A DNA stretch of 64,000 nt from Octopus vulgaris (lineage: Eukaryota): contig OX597815.1 in NCBI GenBank assembly GCA_951406725.2, forward strand, positions 63,922,001 through 63,986,000. The letters run 5' to 3'. Positions within the stretch are counted from its first letter, which is position 1, and the number at the start of each line of letters is the position of its first letter. Position numbers and translations under genes: made by a program. The notes under the pieces were generated by a model. It was not told the origin of the DNA. It saw only the letters and a list, made by a program, of their open reading frames with translations, and did no database searches. Positions 39,195 through 52,375 of the stretch are shown piece by piece.

Positions 39195-39755
39195 TTGCAG
39201 AGTTGTGCTGAGTGGAGGCGCTGATCTCCTCTATTCGAAAATATAAGGATACAGAACTTTTAGTGTTGTATGGCCAGTTGGAAACAATGATTCCTGGAGC
39301 TAAATAACAGTAACATTCTTTCCATCTTGGGACTACCACATTATTTTTGCAAAGAAGTCATTACTATCTACATATATATATGGTATTGCAAACAAGAAGA
39401 CAGAGCCCAAGAGATAAGTATGTGTCTTTTTATTTATAATTGGCAAGCCTTGATAAGTGTCAACGTACGGAAATGGTAGCCATTCATTTACCCTATATAT
39501 AAGTATTTACGCGAATGCAAAGTATATCTTTTAGGTTTCACTTACTTCTGTCATCAGACTGTGGCCATGCCGAAGCACTGCTTTGAAAGACTTCAGTTTT
39601 ATTTCTCGAACCACTACATTACTGGAATGTAAACACAACACAAACACAAAGGCACACACCCACACGCGCACGCACACACGTACTCACGCTCACATTACAC
39701 GCACATTCAGACTACACATCGCCACACACACAAACACATATATATATATATACAT

Positions 39756-39808
<53 letters not shown>

Positions 39809-39858
39809 GTTAGACATGGCCTGGGCCAATACTGGCCAAAACCTTTCTAAGTTATTCT

Positions 39859-39906
<48 letters not shown>

Positions 39907-39999
39907 TATATGTAAATGCTATATGTATAAGCGTATATAACTTTGAAGTGTGTGTGTCCATATATATATATATATATACATATATATATCATACATATA

Positions 40000-40036
<37 letters not shown>

Positions 40037-40082
40037 ATATATAAGCATGTATAAATTTTAAGTGTGTGTGTCTATATATTTA

Positions 40083-40136
<54 letters not shown>

Positions 40137-40702
40137 TATTATAATATTATGTTTGGCATTAAAGTCTCTTATGTGGTGGTTTAATAAAGTATGTGATTGG
40201 GTATTATCTGGTAATTGATATTTGATTTGGTTGTATTTCTCCATTTTCTTATTTTGTATATATATATAAATTCAGGGTGAATACTTGATAACTGTAAGCA
40301 CCTGTATGTGCCAGTTAGTGGTGTAGGTGATAGGGTATATTTATCAAAAGAAAAACAGGATGCAAAGTTGGGGAAAAAGACGAGTTTCGTTGTGGATGCA
40401 AATCTTCATAGTCGTATATCGATATAGATTCTATATCCAGTGAAAAACGGTATGGACGTTTTGTTTTGGTGTCTCGCTCTGCTGTATACGACTATGAGGA
40501 TTTGCATCCCCAACGAAACTCGTCTTTTTCCCAAACTTCTCAAACCTGTTATAATGTAATACATGTCTTTGGTGTGGTAATTGTGCGCGGCTGAAGAAGG
40601 CTATTGACATACATTTTACATCAATTATGCATTGATATAAACTGTCCAATAAAGCCAGAAACATATGTACCGCTAAATCCTTTGCATCCTGTTTTTCTTT
40701 TG

Positions 40703-40737
<35 letters not shown>

Positions 40738-40948
40738 AATAAATGAAAGAATGGAGTTGAACGATGAATTAACAAAATTCCTTTATTTTCGACATATGTT
40801 TCGAAGGCTGCATATTCCTAATTTCGAAGGAATAAGGGGGGCATTATGCCGCCTTCTCATCAGGAAAAACAAGCAACTTATGTCAGCATCAAGATGCACA
40901 AAAACTTTTAGATGACTGCCCACACGGAGTCCATAGCGATAATGAGTG

Positions 40949-41857
40949 TTCCGTGAAGCCGTAGCTAGAAACTTTCCCAGGAATTCTACTATCAATTCGC
41001 ATAAGGTAAGGATTGCATTCTCCAACACTAGAAATCTATCGCAGATCATTGCCTCCCATAATAACAAGCTGCTTAATAAGGACTCATCACCCGGGAGTAG
41101 CGACACTGCCCTTACCAATTCCAACCAAACATACAATAATAATAATAATAGAAATAGTATTGATAATAGCAACATTCATAGCAGCGTTGGCATTAACAAT
41201 AGTAATGTTAATAATAATATTAGTCGGATTATTAACAGTGGTAGTGTTAGTGGTAATAACGACAGCATTTCTAATAACAGTGGTAGTATTGATGATAACA
41301 ACCCCAGCATTCCTATAGTCAGGGAAATTACCGACGATAGTACAATTAATAGTAATGATAATAATATGAATAGTATTGTGGTCAATGCTAGCAATAATAT
41401 TAACACCAATCATAACAATAAAAACTCCGTCTTAGTCTCGGAGGTAAACCCTAACAGATTAAAGTTCTTATCCAGCAATTCCAAAGTTAGAAATTCCATT
41501 TACCAGTGCAAAAGTTCTTCCTGTACCGATGTCTTCTTCTACATTGGGGCAACTACTTCTAAATTAGCCCACAGGATCTCCAATCATTATTCAACTTTCC
41601 GAGATAAGAGAAAACAGCACAACACAGGACTAAGTAAAATAGTTTGGCGCCTTAAGGACAGCAATACAACTTTCAAGCTGGAATGGTCCATATTGTCTCT
41701 ACCCTTTCCGTTTGTTAAGGGCAGAAAATTTTGTGGCGTCTGTAATTCCGAACTTTTCCATATATTGTTCGCCAAAGTCCCTTTAATAAATACAATGGTT
41801 GAGAAATCCTATAGATGCATGCACTGGCAAAAACACACCTTTCACTCATATGAATAA
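40949..41857 (+). pseudogene. C-terminal part of a Penelope-like ORF: linker plus GIY-YIG endonuclease
   Basis: KVRIAFSNTRNLSQIIASHNNKLL linker, then SIYQC..FYIGAT..RISNHYSTF..TGLSKIVWRLK..WSIL..CGVCNSE..CMH. Uninterrupted, but with no RT domain and no real start codon. Confidence 0.88.
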
Positions 41858-42423
41858 TGATTAATATAGATAACCTCTTTGAATTTTAATAATATAGTCC
41901 CATTTATATATCACGCCCATAGTCAATTTTTATACTCTTAAAGGACTACTACCCAATCCATTGAGGTACGTTTTACCTTTGTCTCTCTAACTCACCCTCC
42001 TCTCTCTCTCTCTCTCTCTCTTTCCCTCTCTCTATCGTAAGCACAATCAAACACACAGACACAAACCTGTCACTTCACCACTGTCTGTTTTTGACATCAA
42101 CCCTTCCACACACACAATCACGCACACACATACACACACATAGCCATTAATGCAGTTATATACATACACACACATAGGCACTCATTCACAAAAGAAAACA
42201 ACAAAATCACCATTCATATGACCTGCACCCTATTACCTTCCTATTCTTAGGTCCCTCTCCTTCAACCTTGTTTTAACCCTTGAACCTTCTAGAATCTTCT
42301 ACATTCAACCATTTTTGACGTCACTGCTTACAACGGAATATTTTAAAGAAACACTCATTATCGCTATGGGCTCCGTGTGGGCAGTCATCTAAAAGTGTTT
42401 GTGCATCTTGATGCTGACATAAG

Positions 42424-42521
42424 TTCCTTGTTTTCCTGATGAGAAGGCGGCATAATGCCCTCCTTATTCCTTCGAAATTAGGAATATGCAGCCTTCGAAA
42501 CATATGTCGAAAATAAAGGAA
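42424..42521 (+). ncRNA. Type I HHR in the Penelope pLTR (mirror copy at about 40778-40872 on -)
   Basis: GTTTTC-CTGATGA-GAAGGC...GCCTTC-GAAAC-ATAT-GTC-GAAAAT: canonical core, extended stem II, palindromic stem III. Predicted cleavage after C42508. Confidence 0.85.
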
Positions 42522-42789
42522 TTTTGTTAATTCGTCGTTCAACTCCATTCTTTCATTTATTTGTATTTAAAAAGACACGCAAATTTCCACACGATAGCAC
42601 GTGATATCTGCCCTAGGCATGTAGCTTCAACCGTGTTTTTCTGACGTGAATTTGCTACCCAGGTATCGGTTAACAGAATTATCCATAATAAAATAATTCA
42701 TTCAACTACTCAATTATTATTATTATATATTGATTGATTGATTGATTCTAGTTTCAGCTTATGAGCTGTGGCCATGCTGGGGCACCGCC

Positions 42790-42841
<52 letters not shown>

Positions 42842-43361
42842 CACATACATTTCCATTTCCCATTGGGCACACACAAACACACACAAAGACTCACACATAA
42901 GTTATACAGTTATACAAACGGATTTTATATTTACATTAATATGTATTAAGTTTAATATATAATTTATAGATGTTTATATAGTAACAGACAAAAGTATGCA
43001 TACAGTAGAAAACATAAGACACACAGACATATACACACACTCACGCTCATTCGCGCGCGCACGCACACACGCACGCATACACACATATAAACGAATTCTT
43101 TAGTGTGAAAGGGGTTTGGATGGTACAAAAACGAGAGTGTATATGGAAACATATCAACAGAGAAGTATGAAAGCCTTATACATACATGTGTGCGTTTTGG
43201 TGTGTGTGTGTAAGTATGTATGTATATCATACACACATACACATATATATATATATGTATATATATATATGTATATATTCATATATATGTATACATATAT
43301 ATATATATGTAAGTTATATATATATATATATATATATATGATATATATATGCATATATATG

Positions 43362-43427
<66 letters not shown>

Positions 43428-44035
43428 CACATATATCTATGTATGTATGTGCATGCATATATATATATATAGATATGTTTATACGGAGGTTTATTAAATG
43501 TATACATATTTACAAATACAGACACATACACACAACATACGCACACACACATATAAATGTATGTATATATACATATACATACATATACATATATATATAC
43601 ATACTTATGTATGAATAATATATATTTATATGTATACATATATAATTATAGATATATATTTGTATACATGCATACATACATACGTATATATAATATATGT
43701 GTGTGTGTGTGTGTGTACATACAGAAGGATGGCTGAATAGGGAAAGAGTGGGGGAAGAGTGACAGGGGAAATAGACGAGGAGAGTAAGGGAGAAAGTGCC
43801 GGTTTGTGGCGTTTGGGGAGGGGAGAGAACGGAAAAGAAACCTATGGAAAACACCAGCCACATAAACAAACATGGGAACTGTCGAAGGTCAACTAAGTCA
43901 CGTGACTGTAAGTAATGTGTTTGTGCCAAATGAAAGGAAACCTGTCCAAACAGAATCTCTAAGTCTACCGCCTTCATTTCACTGCCTCCACCTTCACTTA
44001 TTACCAGTGTTTGCTGCATCTCCACCACCACCACT

Positions 44036-44090
<55 letters not shown>

Positions 44091-44233
44091 ACATCATCAT
44101 CGTCATCATCAACATCATCACACACACTCCGCATTGTAAACACTACAAGCAATCTTAACGCTGCTCCTGTCGCCAACCACTAATCTCTTCCTTTTCTCCG
44201 TCGTCGTCTTCGTCACCTATTGCTCTCTCACTC

Positions 44234-44304
<71 letters not shown>

Positions 44305-44320
44305 TAATAATAATAATAAT
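44036..44320. repeat. (CAT)n and (AAT)n microsatellites
   Basis: (CAT)n at about 44036-44119 and (AAT)n at 44234-44320. Confidence 0.9.
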
Positions 44321-44871
44321 GCCCTGATGCAGTACTAGGTAGTGGCTCTCATGGCTTCTGATCTTAATTGATTGGAAGTGTTATCATGTACATTGTTTTG
44401 TCTTGGTATAAAAGATGGACTACAGCAAATATTCTGTTCAATATCACAGATTTGCTAGTCAGTTGTTTGACCTTAACCAGCTGAGCATGTTTTTGGTGGC
44501 TGACGGTATGTGCATCTCTGGTCGCGAGCAGAAGTAGTAGGGGGGCATCATAGCCATGTGTTGCGAGGAATTCTTTGGGTTTTGAATAATTCACCTCAGG
44601 TAACAGGTGTTTCGTTCAACATCCTTAAACAACCCTTATTCAAGAACCTTTTGAGCGGGTTATGCTACTCGACCTGAAGAAAATTCTAACTGGGCCCCAC
44701 CTGCAAGGTCATGCGTTGTTTATCTTGATATGAGATCACCATGTCTCACACATATGGTTGTGATGCATGGTCTTGGTGTACCCTTATCAGACGGGTAGTC
44801 ATGATGGGTATACTGGGCTTCGTATATTTTATCCCAGTGTCACTATGATGGCATGCACTACTCTTTCACTC
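44321..44871 (+). mobile_element. 551-bp non-coding element embedded in (AAT)n
   Basis: Complex sequence sharply bounded by (AAT)n on both sides. Its 3' end CTCTTTCACTC-AATAAT recurs as CTCTCTCACTC-AATAAT at 44223. Confidence 0.65.
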
Positions 44872-44964
<93 letters not shown>

Positions 44965-45410
44965 AACAACAACAACAACAACAACATTAACATCAAAACT
45001 ACAGCACTACCACCCACAACAATAACACTACACTACCACCACTATCACCGTCAACGACAACACCAACACCAAGAACAACATCATTCCCTTAACCAACTCC
45101 AATTCTATCATCATTACTGTTATCTCCACCAAAACAAACACCTGGCATCACAGTCATGCTTAACATTATTTTGGTCGTTACCTACACCGCCATTATCAGC
45201 ACCATCAGTATCATCATCACCATCACCACCACTACTATCTTCATCACCAATACCAACTCCAACAACCACTACAAACGGCCACAAACCTCATTATGTCATC
45301 ACCAATATCAACAGCGCCAGCACCAGCACTACCGCCACAACTAACACAGTGACTACTAGCACCATCACTAATACCATCACGTTTATCGAGGCCACCACTC
45401 CCATAAAACT
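44872..45410. repeat. Compound (AAT)n(AAG)n(AAC)n microsatellite grading into (CAC/CAT)-rich low complexity
   Basis: Direct reading. Confidence 0.85.
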
Positions 45411-45459
45411 TCAGTATGTATATATAATACTCAGGTTTAATGGGTACATATATATGTAA

Positions 45460-45755
45460 GTGGAGGTACATGGCCTAGTGGTTAGAGCAGCGGACTCGCG
45501 GTCGAGAGATCGCGGGTTCGAATCGCAGACCAGGCGATGTGTGTGTTTATGAGCGAAACATCTAAGCTCCACACGGCTCTGCCAGAAGGTAATGGCGAGC
45601 TTCTGCTGACTCTTTCGTCACAACTTTCTCTCACTCTTTCATCGTACCTCTTGCAGCTCACCTGCAACGGACTGGCGTCCCGTCCAGGTGGGGAGCCTAT
45701 ATGCCAAGGAAACCGGCCCTTATGAGCCACGCGTGGCTCGACAAGGAACAAACAA
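45460..45755 (+). mobile_element. SINE family C (tRNA-derived)
   Basis: A box TGGCCTAGTGG, B box GGTTCGAATC. Body GGACTGGCGTCCCGTCCAGG...GAAACCGG...ATGAGCC. Confidence 0.85.
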
Positions 45756-45778
45756 TATATATATATATATTTATATAC

Positions 45779-45830
<52 letters not shown>

Positions 45831-45833
45831 GTC

Positions 45834-45896
<63 letters not shown>

Positions 45897-46004
45897 CATA
45901 CATACATACATACATACGTTTGCGTATCAACGTTTTTCGTTTTAATTTTAGATTTTTCATATTTCTTCTGTTTATATGTATTTATATATACCCCCATATA
46001 TATA

Positions 46005-46073
<69 letters not shown>

Positions 46074-46222
46074 GTATATGTATATGTATATATGTATATA
46101 TATGTATATGTATATATGTATATAACGGGAAGCTTTATGAAAATAAACAAAAGACGAAGGCAGGTGGAAAACAAACGAACAATTGTATTAGTATGGCGCT
46201 CAGGAAATATAAATAAAACAAG

Positions 46223-46260
46223 TCTTTAACGTTTCGAGCCTACGCTCTTCAACAGAAAGA
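46223..46260 (-). ncRNA. Minimal HHR variant (CTGTTGA core) in element 46125-46335
   Basis: TCTTT-CTGTTGA-A-GAGC-GTAG-GCTC-GAA-ACGT-T-AAAGA. Stem I differs from the 17.3-kb family but still pairs. Confidence 0.55.
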
Positions 46261-46341
46261 TACACAGAGAGAGAAAAACACAGAAAGAAGGAGAGAAAAA
46301 ATGCGTGCAGTAGCTAACGAATCAACATGGCGATCTGTATA

Positions 46342-46426
<85 letters not shown>

Positions 46427-46437
46427 GCATATATACT

Positions 46438-46659
46438 GCGAGCTGGCAGAAACGTTAGCACACCGGGCGAAATGCGTAGTCGTATTTCGTCTGCCGTTAC
46501 GTTCTGAGTTCAAATTCCGCCGAGGTCGACTTTGCCTTTCATCCTTTCGAGGTCGATAAATAAAGTACCAGTTTCGCACTGGGGTCGATTTAATCGACTT
46601 AATCGCTTTGTCTGTCCTTGTTTGTCCCCTCTATGTTTAGCCCCTTGTGGGCAGTAAAG

Positions 46660-46663
<4 letters not shown>
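46438..46663 (+). mobile_element. SINE family B, young
   Basis: GCGAGCTGGCAGAAACGTTAGC...GAGTTCAAATTCCGCCGAGGTCGACTTTGCCTTTCATCCTTTCGAGGTCGATAAA. Confidence 0.9.
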
Positions 46664-46698
<35 letters not shown>

Positions 46699-47520
46699 GA
46701 TTCTTTAATGTAGAACAATAATGTTCCTAAATCCATATTCGAATTTTCCAGACTGTCACACTCTCATTTTCAAGAAGTGAAGATACTTGGCATCTGCGTT
46801 GTTTCCTATATATTGGTCGAATTTAAGCTAATGGTTTTTTTTATTTTTCTTTACCATTAGGCTTCTACGCCAGCAGTCACGTTTGGATTTATTTTGTTGT
46901 GCTCAAATTTTTTCATCGTTTTCATGCCAGAAATCAATATTTTTTTTATGCATGCGTTGTTTATATATTTATTCCTCTTCTTGTTTTGAGTCATTTGAGT
47001 GCGGTCATGCTGGAGTGTGCTAACTAACTGCATTAAACCCGCTCTCTTTCTCCAATGTTTGTATTTCTACGTGAGTCTTTCTATTTTCTCTGCACTAACA
47101 TTACCGTTATCTTCATTTAAGTCGAAATGCGTTATACTTCAAACTCTCAACATTCTGCATTTGCTGTACCGTGATGTTCTGTGCTGTTTCGTCCGAGTTG
47201 TATGTCCCTGTCTTTTGTTTTCAATAATAAGATGTTTTTGCTTTCTTGCTTAATGATTGTTATAATCACTGCGCTTTACAGATGAGCGATTCCATGTTTT
47301 CCCTCGCTGAAGCCGCTCTGAACCTGGATAACAACCCAGCTGACAATGAGTTTTCTTTACACAGTATATTGTCTTTAACATTTATTGTAGTCTACGCTTT
47401 CACACTATTATTTATATTAATAATTCTAGCGAGCACATTCAGTAGTCTCTCCCCTTTTCTCTCTCTCTCTCCCTCTCTCTCTCTCTTTCTCTCTCTCTTT
47501 ATATATGTATATTTCCAATT

Positions 47521-47819
47521 TCGTCGCCCTTTTCAAGTCTAGCCAGCCTCATGGGCTCGGTTTCCCGGTTTCTGTGGCGTATGTGTCCCCCCCCCCCCCA
47601 GCTGGACGGGACGCCAGTCCATCGCAGCGTTACTCAAGAAACAGGAAGAGAGAGTGAAAGAAAGTTGTGGCGAAAAAGTACAACAGGGGTCGCCACCACC
47701 CCCTGCCGGAGCCTTGTGGAGCTTTTAGTTGTTTTCGCTCAATAAACACACACAACGCCCGGTCTGGGAATCGAAACCGCGATTCCGTTGCCCTAACCAC
47801 TGGGCCATTGCGCTTCCAC
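47521..47819 (-). mobile_element. SINE family C
   Basis: Reverse complement of the 45460 family (CTAACCACTGGGCCATTGCGCTTCCAC). Confidence 0.85.
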
Positions 47820-48060
47820 TTATATATATATATATTTAAATAAGTTTGGGGGTAAAAGCCTTTTATAACGCTAAGCGAAGCTCGTCCACAGTTATTGGAT
47901 ATCTGATGTCATCATACAGCAGAAGTAGATAAATGATAGAAAACGGATTGATCGACATACTATATTTTTAGAAACATTACAATTATTTCGATAATTTTTA
48001 CACCTGTGTCGAAACCATTTTAGTGTTTTAAAATAAAGAACGTCATGCAATCCATTTTCT

Positions 48061-48152
<92 letters not shown>

Positions 48153-48631
48153 TGAGTGTGTTTGTTGTGTGGGTACATATTTGCACATACACGCTGTCAA
48201 ACACACACTCGTAACGGTCTAAATTACCATCCATATCGCTGCCATTACAAGCAACGGCGACAATAGCTATAATAATAAAAATTTATCTATCAATTAACGA
48301 AAGTGACATACCTTTAACAACCAATCATTGATGTGGACTACGTTCACACTAAAATCAATGATTGAAATCAAGCAAAACCAACAACCATATCGTATGTTAG
48401 TCACCTTAAATTCTTCAACATCAAGAAACTCTTTAGATCAATCAAAGCTTTATAATACCTTTATTGAGTGAGTTGAAGTAGTTGAGTCGTGAGGGCATTG
48501 AACCAGAGTTACAACATATAGAGGTTCGCATCGTCAACCAAAAGGTCGGCCAAATAGACATAAAACCATCCACTATAACTGAAAACCTCACAGTCGAGCA
48601 CCTAAAACTTCAAATATACACGATTTTATCA

Positions 48632-48865
48632 AGCTTTTCAACTCATGCTTAAACCGGTTTCTCGGTTTCATGACGTATGTATTTCCCTCCTGGAAGGGAC
48701 GCCGGTCATCACAAGATTACTCGTTTTTGCTTGCAGAATAGACTGGAACGATGTGAAATGGAGTGTTTTGCTCAAGAACACAAGGCATCGCTCGGTGCTG
48801 GAATCGAAACCACTATCTTACGATCATGAGTTCAACACCCTAACCACTAAGCCATGTTCCTCCAC
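48632..48865 (-). mobile_element. Diverged family-C-related SINE
   Basis: CCCTAACCACTAAGCCATG..CCTCCAC, GGAATCGAAACC, CCGGTTTCTCGGTTTC. Confidence 0.65.
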
Positions 48866-49468
48866 TATTAACGATTAACAAACCTGTTGTTGTCCTTTCT
48901 GTGTACACTGCTATATCAGCCTCCAAGACTGGTTGAGGTAAGTTGATCTCAGATGAGAAACTTGGGTTCCGGAACCATCGAGAAGACTTGACCCCGCTAA
49001 AAGTCAAGTGTTGGTTTCAGATATAAACATTTTAATGAAGATGAAGAAGAGGAGGATGTGGTGGAGGAGCTGTAATGGTGATGATGTTGATGCAGTGCGG
49101 TTGTAGTAGTAGATGTACTGAAAGCTGTGGTAGCAGTTAACATCGACGGTGTTAGAAAGCGGTGAGTGGAGGTATGCGGCCGGGGGTTGAAGACTTGCGC
49201 AATAAACTGGGTCATTGATCGACTGGCTGGCTGGCTGGTTTGTTGGTTGGATAGATGATCGGTCGGTCGGCTGGTTGCATGGTTGGTTGGTTGGTTGATT
49301 GGTTGGTTGGTTTTCTGAGTAACAGATAGATAGGTCAATAGGTTGGTTGCTAGTCAAATGGTAAATGGGGGTGGTGAGAGAGAGGAGAGTGAGACAGACA
49401 GACAGACAGACAGAAGGAGGAAGAGAAGTGGACAGAGAGAGAGAGAGAGAGAGGTTCAAGGAAGAGTG

Positions 49469-49530
<62 letters not shown>

Positions 49531-50233
49531 GGAGAGAAAGACAGAAGAAGAGTGAGAGGGGAGGCAGAAAGAAAGAAAGAGAGGCAGAGGAGAACAGAAA
49601 GAGAGAGAGAGAGAGAGGGAAAGAGACAGAAACTCAGGAAATGAGAGGGAGAGAAAGCGACAGAGAGAGGAGGGAAGAGGTAGGGAGGGAGTGGTGGTTT
49701 GGGACAGTTTAGATGGCTTGGGGAATTATTGGGACAGGTTGACGGGCATTGAGGCAGTCGGTTGTGAAGAGTGGCCGCAAGAGGGCGATGAGGATGCATG
49801 ATCGATCTGGATGCGACTATGACGTCTGCGTGTCGATGCGTGTGAGAAAGGGAGGGACCGTGGAAGGGAGGGGCGTAGTGGCGGGCGGAGTGTTGTGGGA
49901 TGGGGATTACTTTGTCAAAAGTATCGAATACTGATTGCAGTCGCCTGGGGGAAGGAGAGACAACGGTGGCGGCGGCGGCGATGGTAGTGGTGGATGAAAT
50001 AAACGCGCTCGAAGGTTACGGTGAAATGGTGTGGGTGTGTCGCGGTGAAAGGCGAATAATGAGACAACAAAAAGATATGAATATCAATATGGGACATGCG
50101 GTTGAGAAAGAAGGAGTTATGGTGGGATCTGCATATGAGCGCATGTATACATGCATATACACATATAATATATACATACACACACAAACACACACATATA
50201 TATATATATATGTATATATATATACATGTGTAT

Positions 50234-50296
<63 letters not shown>

Positions 50297-50310
50297 TATA
50301 TATATAAGTG

Positions 50311-50417
<107 letters not shown>

Positions 50418-51289
50418 GGAAAAAAGCAACAAGAATGTATATATATATATATATATATGTATAAAATATGTGTGTATATATATGTGTGTGCGAGTGTGTG
50501 TATACATATTTGCATATTTGTGTATCTGTATAGGTGTATGTGTGTGTGCGTGCGCGTGTGTGGTTACGTATGTGAATGTATGTGTTTGTGTGTATTTACG
50601 TGGGTAAATGTGAGTACCTATGTTTGGATTATTATGACTACATAAATGTCTATGCGTCTATGGTAGTACGGACATGTGCGTGTGTATATGCATATGAGAG
50701 TGTATGAGTATGTATTTGTATGAGAGTATATGTGTATGTATGCGTGTATGTGTGTGAATGTGTGCGTATATCTTAGGATTACTGTGTGCCTACATTAATG
50801 TGTGAGTGCAGTTGTGTCTATGTTTATATGGGTGTACATACATGTGCGTATATATGTGTTTGCGTGTGAGTGTGTGTTTCACTATGTGTATGTGTGCTTG
50901 GTTTGTATATATGTGTGTGTGGCGGGAGGGTAGTGTGGAATGACTGTGCGATGGATTCCCCCCTTCTTCCCCCCAAAAAGGACAATCGTGGTTAGAAAGT
51001 GTGAGGTAGAGTATGAGCGAGAGAATTAACTTGGGTGGGGGGTAGTGTCTGTCATTGACAGCAGTGGCAGCCCGACGGCGACTAACAGCCATTATCGTCC
51101 TGGAGATATCACACTAAAACACGGCACTAGTGTGATATTGGGGAGAGGTGGTTAAGTGTAGGAGTGGGAGTAAAGAGAGAGAGAGAGAGAGAAAGGTGGG
51201 AGGTGGTATATGTGTGAGTAGCATCTTATTCACTCTTCACTTTGCTCTCTCTTTCTAGCATTATATTTTGCCTTCCTGTAATTCCACTA

Positions 51290-51321
<32 letters not shown>

Positions 51322-51544
51322 ACTATCTATGTTTGTGTGTGTGTGTATATGTATATATATATATATATACAAATTAAACTTAAATGTTGAAGTGAATCGA
51401 ACGGCTTTTGTGTGTTTCTTAAATGGCTTATAAACACCTTCCACGCTGCAATTGTTTTCGTTTCAGCACACGATCTCAGATCAAATTACTTGCCATGCGA
51501 GTACATCTCCGTAATATATATATATATATATATATATAAATATA

Positions 51545-52218
51545 AAACAATACTGGGAGGAAGAGGGATGGAACGAAGCGACGAATCGAAACGAACCCGA
51601 CGCGAACGCGCTGTCAGACAATGATGTAATAAATAAAATATATGCATACATACAAACATATATGTACGTACCTACATCTACATGTATATATACATGCATA
51701 TATAAATATATATACACGTGAGTACAGGACACCACAACTAGACGTAGAACTCAACGAAAAACGAAAACGGGAAAAACATTATTTTTTTCAACAGAAAAAC
51801 AAGGTACAGGACATGCTACACAAGGAAAAATCCCCTTCATCAGCTGTCACTAGCAGACTCAAGGTGTTTCGAAGGCAAGACAGGACACGACTCGTCAACT
51901 AATCCTTCCTGCGAGAGAATTAAAATAAAATTGCCTCGCAGAGGGGTAAAAACAGACATGAAAAAAATGTCCTGTACCTTGTTTTTCTGTTGAAAAAAAT
52001 TATGTTTTTCCCGTTTTCGTTTCTCGTTGAGTTCCACGTCTCTGTTTTTTTGTTGTAAAAAAATGGCTTTTCCGTTTTCGTTTTTCATTGAGTTCTACGT
52101 CTAGTTGTGGTGTCCTGTACTCACGTGTATATATATTTATATATGCATGTATATATACATGTAGATGTAGGTACGTACATATATGTTTGTATGTATGCAT
52201 ATATTTTATTTATTACAT
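51545..52218 (-). mobile_element. Fold-back element (arms 51624-51814 and 51967-52218) with HHR-like boxes in the loop; partial copy at 61425-61610
   Basis: Near-perfect inverted arms, the right arm with an internal duplication of about 60 bp. Left extension present. Right end abuts (TA)n. Confidence 0.75.
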
Positions 52219-52235
52219 TATATATATATATATAT

Positions 52236-52375
52236 ACGCAACTGGTACTTAATTAATCGAGCCTGAAAAGATGAAAGGCAAAGTTAACCTCGGCAGAATT
52301 TGAACTCAGAACGTAAAGACAGACGAAATACCGCCAAGCATTTCGCCCGGCGTGCTAACGCTTCTGCCAGCTCAC
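52236..52375 (-). mobile_element. SINE family B
   Basis: ACGCAACTGGTACTTAATT...GAATTTGAACTCAGAACG...CTGCCAGCTC. Confidence 0.85.

Larger units (their letters stand above)
40733..42725 (+). mobile_element. Penelope-like retroelement, 5'-truncated, with inverted pseudo-LTRs
   Basis: About 217-bp inverted repeats at 40733-40950 and 42350-42566 flank a GIY-YIG ORF. About 160-bp extension beyond the right arm. Left end abuts (TA)n. Confidence 0.88.

Noticed and set aside
44767-45459. 230-aa ORF with poly-N/K/H/T
   Set aside because: It runs from a repeat element through (AAT)(AAG)(AAC) and CAC-rich tracts. Trinucleotide repeats explain the lack of stops.
45460-45540. Apparent tRNA gene (also the heads at 25211, 36028 and 46438)
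   Set aside because: A and B boxes are present, but there is no proper acceptor stem and the sequence continues into multi-copy SINE bodies.
47877-47905. Partial resemblance to a conserved miRNA 5' end (GAAGCTCGT)
   Set aside because: The match is only about 9 nt, and no precursor hairpin is evident.
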